64,000 nt of DNA, taken from NCBI GenBank assembly GCA_039208735.1, contig JBCCQY010000036.1, positions 1 to 64,000 of the forward strand, read 5' to 3'. This document shows, piece by piece, positions 57,499-64,000 of this stretch. The notes under the pieces are model-generated. The model did not search any database. It was not told the DNA's origin and worked only from the letters and a program-made list of their open reading frames with translations. Within the stretch, counting starts at the first letter, position 1. Every line of letters starts with the position of its first letter. The position numbers and the translations under genes are program-made. The stretch comes from Myxococcota bacterium. Lineage in GTDB: Bacteria; Myxococcota_A; UBA796; GCA-2862545.

Positions 57499-59907
57499 AT
57501 GCGACCCCGCCTGCAAGTCGGCAGCTTTCGCGTCGATCACATGCTCGGACGTGGAGCCAATGCGGAGGTCTGGGCCGCGCGTCATGCCTCGGGAACCGAA
57601 GTTGCGCTGAAGTTCGCGCGTCGGACCGCCGCGAGCAGCGAGGCCCTGGCGCGCGAAGCGGAGCGCATTGCGGCCTGTGACCATCCCGGAATCGTGCACA
57701 TCTTTGATCGGGGCACCGTAGAGGGCCGTCCGTTCATCGCGTTGGAACGGGCCCAAGGCACGCTGGCGCAGCTCCCTGCAGCTCTCGCCGTACGTGAGTT
57801 GGCCGACCACCTCTTGTCGGCGCTTGCGCACCTCCATGCTCGCGATCTGCTTCACTTCGACATCAAGCCATCGAACATTCTCGTGGGTTGTGCCCCTCGG
57901 ACGGCGTGGACGGAAGCGGACCGGGCGGGGGTGCGCCTTGCTGATTTCGGTATTTCGTGGACGGGAACCGACGGGTCGAATTCCGCGGGAACTCCCGGGT
58001 GGTGCTGCCCCGAGCAGACCCAGGGGCTGCCTACGGCCTACGGTCCGCACGCCGACATCTTCAGCTTGGCGAAGGTCCTCGAAGAGATCATGGACGGGCC
58101 GAGGGACGGAGCTTGGGCGCCTTGGTTGGCGCGGGCCCTGCACCCTGATCCGATGCAGCGATTCCCGACCGCCGCCCACGCTCGAGCCTCGCTCCCCGAT
58201 GGGGCGCGGGTCGTTCGCACTTCACCGGCCGCGTCGCCTACGTTGGAGACCGAGACGCGGCCGGTCACCGAGCCGGTATCGCTGAACGAGTCGCAAACGC
58301 CGCCATGCGCCATCGTGGTGCCGAAGTGGCCCGATCAGCCGCCTGCGTCACCGGACCGGCTCGCAAAGCGAACCTTCCTCGACGCGGGAGCCTCACTCCT
58401 GCCCTACCGGCCGACCCCTCTCGCCGGCCGAACGTCGGTCCTATCGACGTTGTGGCGGCAAGCGGCGACGTCGCGCCACCTCCGGCTCGGGGGCCAGGAT
58501 GAGGATGTGGCGGAGGTGATCGAGGTGCTGACGGGGTGGGCGAATGAGGTGGGATTGCCTCTCCGCATGGAGCGGTCGACTGCAGATGGCATCGAGGTCG
58601 CGGCGCTCAACGCAACCCAGCTGGCGGCAAGAGCCCGGACGCTTGGATTCTCCCCCATCCAGGCGATGCGCGTCGTACGGGGGTGCGATACCTGGCGCGC
58701 CGTACATCGTCGCTTGCTCGAGTTCAGCCGTGCCCACCTCATTGGGGGAGGCAGCGAAGGGCTCGTGGTGCGGGGCCTGCCTATCGAGATACCGGCGGCT
58801 GGTCGTCCTTTCGACGAACGCGTCCTTGAGGTGATTTGGACGGCCGACAACGCCACCTTGGCCGAGGCGTTGGCCGAGCTTGAACAATCCTCCGATTCCC
58901 TTCGTCGTCGCCACCTTCGGCTGCTCTGTCGGACCCGCATTCAGATGCCGACCGACCGGGCCTCGGCCGAGGCGTTGCTCGAAGCGAGCGAGTCAGCCTG
59001 GGCCGCTGGCGATGCGCCCATTGCTGAAGCCTTGGCCTGTTGTGGAGCGGCAGCGCTCGGTCGTGCGTGGGCGCTTCAGGAGACCGTAGATCGCATGGAA
59101 GGGTGGCCTCAGTTTGTGGTCCCCATCACCCAAGCGCGGCGGGACGTGATTCGGGCCTATCTACTGACCTTCTTGCGGCACCCGGAAGCGGAATCGGCGA
59201 TTCGGGCCTGTCTGGCGGACCACGATGGTCGATTCGCGAGCACGGCCTACGCGGCGTTGGCCGAGTGGCACGAAGCCCAAGGGCAGCCGGAAGCATCCTA
59301 CGCAGCGGCTCAGGCATCGGTCGCAGCGGCCACTGACGGGAATTCGGTCTTTGAGACGTTATCCGCCTATCTGGCGTTGATTCGGGCTCAATTGCTGAAC
59401 GACGCCCCCGACGAAGAGGTCGAAGCGGTGTTCAAGACGATCGAGAGCGTTGAGTTCTCGAGTTTCTTTTTACAGGCTCGGGTGCTCCTGTTCCGCACGG
59501 GATTCGAGCAACGTCGCGGGCGATTGGAAGAAGCGGAGTGGCTGTTTACTGAAATGCAAGGCCTGTATACGCGTCACGGGCAGCCGGATACGGTGACGGT
59601 TATCGACCGGACCTTGTTGTGCTTGAAGCGAGGGGAGCTTTCTTCCATTCCCTTCCTGGTCCCTTCAGACTGGGAAGACCAGCGCGCCAAGGCTCCTCCC
59701 TTTCTTGCCGCCGTCATGCGGGTCCATGACCTGTTCGTCGCGCTAGGGCGAGGTGGGGATGAAGGCATCGAACGAGCTCTGGCCGCCCTCGAACGTGACC
59801 CGCAGACGGTGCCGGCGACCCTTGACGAGGCGTTTGGGTTGGCGGCATCGCTTGGCCCGCGCCACTTCGCAGACCGGATTCGTGGCCTCTCCTCGACGGG
59901 GACCTAA
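57499..59907 (+). CDS. Ser/Thr protein kinase with degenerate central ATPase-like and C-terminal TPR-like regions
   Basis: GRGANAEV, VALK, HFDIKPSN, DFG, GTPGWCCPEQ; RBS GAGGAG. Confidence 0.85.
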   Translation: MRPRLQVGSFRVDHMLGRGANAEVWAARHASGTEVALKFARRTAASSEALAREAERIAACDHPGIVHIFDRGTVEGRPFIALERAQGTLAQLPAALAVRELADHLLSALAHLHARDLLHFDIKPSNILVGCAPRTAWTEADRAGVRLADFGISWTGTDGSNSAGTPGWCCPEQTQGLPTAYGPHADIFSLAKVLEEIMDGPRDGAWAPWLARALHPDPMQRFPTAAHARASLPDGARVVRTSPAASPTLETETRPVTEPVSLNESQTPPCAIVVPKWPDQPPASPDRLAKRTFLDAGASLLPYRPTPLAGRTSVLSTLWRQAATSRHLRLGGQDEDVAEVIEVLTGWANEVGLPLRMERSTADGIEVAALNATQLAARARTLGFSPIQAMRVVRGCDTWRAVHRRLLEFSRAHLIGGGSEGLVVRGLPIEIPAAGRPFDERVLEVIWTADNATLAEALAELEQSSDSLRRRHLRLLCRTRIQMPTDRASAEALLEASESAWAAGDAPIAEALACCGAAALGRAWALQETVDRMEGWPQFVVPITQARRDVIRAYLLTFLRHPEAESAIRACLADHDGRFASTAYAALAEWHEAQGQPEASYAAAQASVAAATDGNSVFETLSAYLALIRAQLLNDAPDEEVEAVFKTIESVEFSSFFLQARVLLFRTGFEQRRGRLEEAEWLFTEMQGLYTRHGQPDTVTVIDRTLLCLKRGELSSIPFLVPSDWEDQRAKAPPFLAAVMRVHDLFVALGRGGDEGIERALAALERDPQTVPATLDEAFGLAASLGPRHFADRIRGLSSTGT

Positions 59908-60488
59908 AGCGTTTCGTCGCCAGGTTGGTAGACGTGTGGCCCAGGACCCGCACGCTTGATGGCCCAGATTCTGCGAATGTCTTCTGCACGGATCCCTGGC
60001 GCGGCCTTGGACAGCGCTCGGGTAAACGCATTGAACTGGTTTTGCGGAAGGGGCGCTTCGCGATACCCCTCGCGTTTTCGGCGGTCGAGATCGGTCCAGA
60101 AATCGACCGCATCCTTCAGGGGGGCGCCGATGTGGTTTCGAATCCACGCCATGAATTCGTTGGAAAAGCGGAATCGAGGACCGCAATGCTCGCGGAAGAA
60201 GGCGCGGACGTTTTGGGTGTTGCGGTAGCTGGCGGAGATGACGGTATTGGGCGTGAGGGTGGCGGTGCGCCAATCGAAGCCATCAACGGGGGGCCGAACC
60301 CGGGCCGTCCGTAGCACCGTGCCAGTGTCGAAGAAATGTCCAATTCGCTCTGTGATTTCGGGCTTGTTGCCTGTCCGCGGGAGGTCGAGACGTCGGGCCA
60401 TTTCGACCAATTCGAGTTTCGTCCAATACCATCGCTCAAGCGTGGCTCGGTCAGTGACGGTATGCGGGGCAGGGCGAGTCTCGGCCAT
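59904..60488 (-). CDS. SAP-like + DUF6434-like domain protein
   Basis: WYWTKLELVEMARRL..GNKPEITERI; YRNTQNVRAFF..FRFSNEFMAW; PQNQFN. Confidence 0.78.
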   Translation of the reverse strand: MAETRPAPHTVTDRATLERWYWTKLELVEMARRLDLPRTGNKPEITERIGHFFDTGTVLRTARVRPPVDGFDWRTATLTPNTVISASYRNTQNVRAFFREHCGPRFRFSNEFMAWIRNHIGAPLKDAVDFWTDLDRRKREGYREAPLPQNQFNAFTRALSKAAPGIRAEDIRRIWAIKRAGPGPHVYQPGDETL

Positions 60489-60496
60489 GAGGACCC

Positions 60497-61327
60497 TTAT
60501 TCTTCGAGAGGAGCGTCCTCATCCTCGGGGACGTCGTGACCCTCGGCACGCATCAGAGCTTTGGTGGACACTTCGATCGTGGCGGGCCCCGCAAGGCGGA
60601 TCCACAACCTCCCATCTTCTCTCATGAAGAGCTTACTCTCTTCGTTTACCGTGTCCCAGCCGTGCCCTTCGGCGTGTCGCACGAACATCGCGGTCAAGTC
60701 ACGCTTGAGATTGCTGCGCTCGGAGGTGTAGCGCAGTCGGTGGACCTCGCCCCGCCAAACGGTGGCCTGGATTTCGACCCAGCCGTCGCGAAACCTGTGG
60801 ATGGAGGTCGGGTCATCATCGGCCACGCCGCGTTCGATGACTTCGGAGGGACCCCACATCTCGCGGGCTTTTCCGATCGACATCGGCGGGCGCACCATGG
60901 GCGTACCGACAAGTCCGGCGCGAGGTCCAATCTGATGGCGCCACATGCCGTAGAGCGAAAGGAACACCGAAAGGCCTGAAACGGCCGCTCCGCCAAGGAC
61001 GAAGGGCCATCCTCCGGGATGATCTGGCCCAAGCCACGTTCCCGCGAACACAGCGAACAAGGTGGCGACGGAGGCCACAGGATGGTGGATGAAGGAGGCA
61101 AAGGAGGTCACTCGGACGATCGAATCGGGATCGACGGGGAAAATGCCGTCGTCGTTGGGCGGCCCGAACCGCCGTTCCACTTCGAGAGGGTCGGAGATGC
61201 CGGTCACGTCAGCGAGATCTTCGCGTTCAGCGTAGCCTTCGCGCACGGCGAGCCAGCTCTGCTGAGTGGCGCGTAAAGCCCACCCTTCGGCGACGACGAC
61301 CATGATTGTAAGGGCGTAGAGGAGCAT
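60497..61327 (-). CDS. Hypothetical membrane protein
   Basis: Three hydrophobic segments followed by a soluble domain. Start uncertain. Confidence 0.6.
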   Translation of the reverse strand: MLLYALTIMVVVAEGWALRATQQSWLAVREGYAEREDLADVTGISDPLEVERRFGPPNDDGIFPVDPDSIVRVTSFASFIHHPVASVATLFAVFAGTWLGPDHPGGWPFVLGGAAVSGLSVFLSLYGMWRHQIGPRAGLVGTPMVRPPMSIGKAREMWGPSEVIERGVADDDPTSIHRFRDGWVEIQATVWRGEVHRLRYTSERSNLKRDLTAMFVRHAEGHGWDTVNEESKLFMREDGRLWIRLAGPATIEVSTKALMRAEGHDVPEDEDAPLEE

Positions 61328-61638
61328 GAGCCGCGAGCTATTCCAGTCATCGTCACCCCACCAGCGGCAGTACGTCAAGCTGCCGCCATAAAACTGACCA
61401 ACGCGACCAGCCAGGCGCACGCGAGCGCGATGGTGGGGACCACTCCAAAGATTTGAACCGTGGTTTGCCAACGGCGCAGGAGCCTCGGAAGAGCGTGAGC
61501 GCCTCCAAACGGCCCAACGCCCCCCCGACTCACGCCGTGCCTGCGATCCCGGCGAGCTGATCGACGGGTCGCTGGGGAGGGGGAGCCTCGAGTGAAGGAG
61601 TGGATCGGCTTCGTTGCCCAATCCCTCCTTCGCGTCAC

Positions 61639-64000
61639 CTACTGAGGTTCGCAGATGAGATCGGCGGCCCGGAACTCGGACGGCGCCGTGGATCCATCGA
61701 TGCTCAACAAGTAGGCGACCAGGTCGCGAGCGTCCGCTTCGCTGATCTGGTTCGCCACGGCCGAACCACTGGCGATGTGAGCGGTGTCTTCGGTGTCAAA
61801 CAGCAGGTCGGACAACGACTCGAAACGCCCATTGTGGAAGTAGGGAGCTCCGAGCTGCAGATTCAACACAGATGGCACGTTGAAGCCTGCCTCGCCCTGG
61901 GCCACGGTGACCATGTTCTTTCGCACTTCGAGGGCGCCTTCGGCGAAGGTGGGGCTCTCGAAGGTGTCAACATCGCGGAGTACACAGGCGTGCTGCGTGA
62001 TGGGTCGCCCGAGGCTGGCGTAGAATTCATTTTCGAGCAAGGGGCTGATGCACTGGCCCGCAATCGGATCGCAGGCATCCGTGAGGCCCTTGCAGTCTTC
62101 GTCGACCTCACAGCCGCTCTCGACGTCAAACACTGGCGTCTGCTCAACCAACACGGGGTTCTTCCCCGCGATGAAGTCTGACACCAGCGTTTGGCGAAGG
62201 TCGTCCGACTTGGCGGGGCCCCCGTACTCGGTGGCGAGGGTCGGGGTGTAGTACCGAATCGAACTCGTCCATGAGCCCCCACCATGGCACGAGTCGCAGT
62301 TGTAGCTTTCTTCGAAGAGCACCTTTCCGTTGGCCACGTCGCCCGGAACGTTGGTCTTGGCCCGCGGGGAGCGAATCGTTTTGACCCAATCCGTGATTTC
62401 GTCCCAGTCTCGGTTGGTGTTGAGCGCTGCGATAAGTTCGGTCGTAGATCCAAGGTTATTGGCGTTGTTTCCAATGCCGTCGACCAAGAGCTGATCCTGA
62501 TCTTCGTTGGCTCCCGTCAGATCGATGGCTACGTCATTGCCGTCTACGATGGCTCCGAGGCCACCCGAGACGCCTCGCGTGTTGAGTTCGAAGTCTGCCA
62601 CTTCGTCTCGTACCGATGTCCAGTTGAAGATGCGCTGGGGAAAATCGACGTTCGCCTCCAGCGAGTCGAGCACTTCGGCGAAGCCATGGGTGTTGCCGAA
62701 GCGGTCTGGACTCACGTTTTCCTTGCTGAAGCTGGCGTCCATGCTGACCGTCTGGCGCGGACCCGTGGGGAAGTGCCAGGTCACGTTGTCGGTCAGTCCG
62801 CGAGGGTGACAGCCCACGCAGCTACTCCAACGTCCGTCTGACCAGCGGCCCCGCCCCGTAAAGAAGAAGTCCTTGCCCTTCAGCAAGCGATCTTCGAGCG
62901 ACCCTTCAGGCGGCAGCGAAGCGCTGGGAGTCTGCGACAGCCGAGTCTGGGTGTTGAGGTCGATGGTCGTGACGTCGAAGCTGTTTTCGTTGTTGACAAA
63001 GGCGATCTTCAGCTCATCGCTGATGCTGATGCCGGTGGGGAACTTGCCCGTGGGGAGGTTTTTGACGGCCGGAAGGCCTGCCTGGACCACCGCGGCCGAG
63101 CTGAAGTCGTCGTAGTCGAGCCGCATGACAAGGTCCGACGATCCACAGGAGACGTAGCAGAACGACGTGTCAGGCACACAGGCCATGTCGGTCGGAACAG
63201 CGCAGAAGAACTTGTCCTCACCGGCGTCCTGTTGCTTGATGCGCTCCTGGATGTTCAGTCGAAGGGAAGGGATTTCCTGGTCGGTCTCTGCGTCAATGAC
63301 GTGAACGCAGCTGTGGAGGTTCATGTTGAAGCGCAGGTCACCCCGTGGGCTCGCGCAGGTGCTGGTCACGAACAACCGGCCTTGGTCGTAAGAGATGCTC
63401 GACAACTGATTGGGGAACGCCCCCGACGTGTCGTTGGCACAGCCCGCCGCGTCCAGATCCTCTGCGCAGTCCCCCACATCATCGGGAATGCGGAACCCGG
63501 TTTCTTCAAGCGGAGGCAGCACAATCTTGGTTGCGCCCCTCGTGTCCCCTGCGTTTCCCGCAACCTTATACACGGCTCCCTGGCGGCCATTGTCGCTGCC
63601 TTCTTGTCCTCCCGGCCGCTTCTCGGCGAAGAAGTCGGTGACGTAAAGGTTGCCGGGCTCACCTTCGAGCTTCAGGTACAACAGGGCAAAGGGGTTGACC
63701 TCGGTCTCCCCGTTCGCATCCGAGAAGTCGAGGGAATCGATCGGGTCGAGCGTTTCGCTGAACACCGAGACGGACCCGTCGACGAGGTTGGCCACGAAGA
63801 CTCTGGATCCATCGGCGTTGGTGACGACGCCCGTAGGCTCGGAACCCGTTGATACACAGACCGGCGTTTGCGTCACGCCACCGTCGATCTCGACCCGGCA
63901 AACCAGCTGATCGTACTGAAGGGTGGCCAGTAGGTAGCTGTCGTCATGACCCCGGACGATCGAGGACACTTCAGGCGCATCACCACCGAGAGCCAAGGTG
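61639..64000 (-). CDS. 5'-truncated YVTN-type beta-propeller + di-heme cytochrome c (peroxidase-like) protein
   Basis: Frame is open to the window end; TGSEPTGV..VFVAN and TGKFPTGI propeller blades; CVGCH and CDSCH heme motifs; FNVPSV..APYFHNG. Confidence 0.85.
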   Translation of the reverse strand, partial: TLALGGDAPEVSSIVRGHDDSYLLATLQYDQLVCRVEIDGGVTQTPVCVSTGSEPTGVVTNADGSRVFVANLVDGSVSVFSETLDPIDSLDFSDANGETEVNPFALLYLKLEGEPGNLYVTDFFAEKRPGGQEGSDNGRQGAVYKVAGNAGDTRGATKIVLPPLEETGFRIPDDVGDCAEDLDAAGCANDTSGAFPNQLSSISYDQGRLFVTSTCASPRGDLRFNMNLHSCVHVIDAETDQEIPSLRLNIQERIKQQDAGEDKFFCAVPTDMACVPDTSFCYVSCGSSDLVMRLDYDDFSSAAVVQAGLPAVKNLPTGKFPTGISISDELKIAFVNNENSFDVTTIDLNTQTRLSQTPSASLPPEGSLEDRLLKGKDFFFTGRGRWSDGRWSSCVGCHPRGLTDNVTWHFPTGPRQTVSMDASFSKENVSPDRFGNTHGFAEVLDSLEANVDFPQRIFNWTSVRDEVADFELNTRGVSGGLGAIVDGNDVAIDLTGANEDQDQLLVDGIGNNANNLGSTTELIAALNTNRDWDEITDWVKTIRSPRAKTNVPGDVANGKVLFEESYNCDSCHGGGSWTSSIRYYTPTLATEYGGPAKSDDLRQTLVSDFIAGKNPVLVEQTPVFDVESGCEVDEDCKGLTDACDPIAGQCISPLLENEFYASLGRPITQHACVLRDVDTFESPTFAEGALEVRKNMVTVAQGEAGFNVPSVLNLQLGAPYFHNGRFESLSDLLFDTEDTAHIASGSAVANQISEADARDLVAYLLSIDGSTAPSEFRAADLICEPQ

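Overview
GC-rich bacterial chromosomal segment, most consistent with a Myxococcota-type organism. The evidence is MYXO-CTERM-like sorting tails, Cys-rich myxobacterial repeats, four Hanks-type Ser/Thr kinases, an FHA protein, two winged-helix/STAND/TPR regulators and many lipoproteins. About 50 CDSs are supported, two of them truncated by the window edges. I found no rRNA, tRNA, CRISPR array, transposase or integrase. The most notable observation is a lipoprotein (26339-27877) collinear with the PA63 pore-forming core of anthrax protective antigen / clostridial binary-toxin B components. It has no propeptide, no receptor domain and no visible A component, and it lies near a secreted phage tail-fibre-like protein, a STAND regulator and an integrin-like lipoprotein. 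Second is a translationally coupled pair of a stand-alone Hsp70 substrate-binding domain and a receiver-TIR fusion (12410-13803), preceded by a small secreted peptide gene, a perfect 16-bp inverted repeat and a 16-bp-period repeat array. Also notable are a divergent pair of paralogous kinases sharing an unrecognised N-terminal helical domain, and a surface protein with an internal MYXO-CTERM-like segment. All family assignments come from motif recognition by eye, not from database searches.
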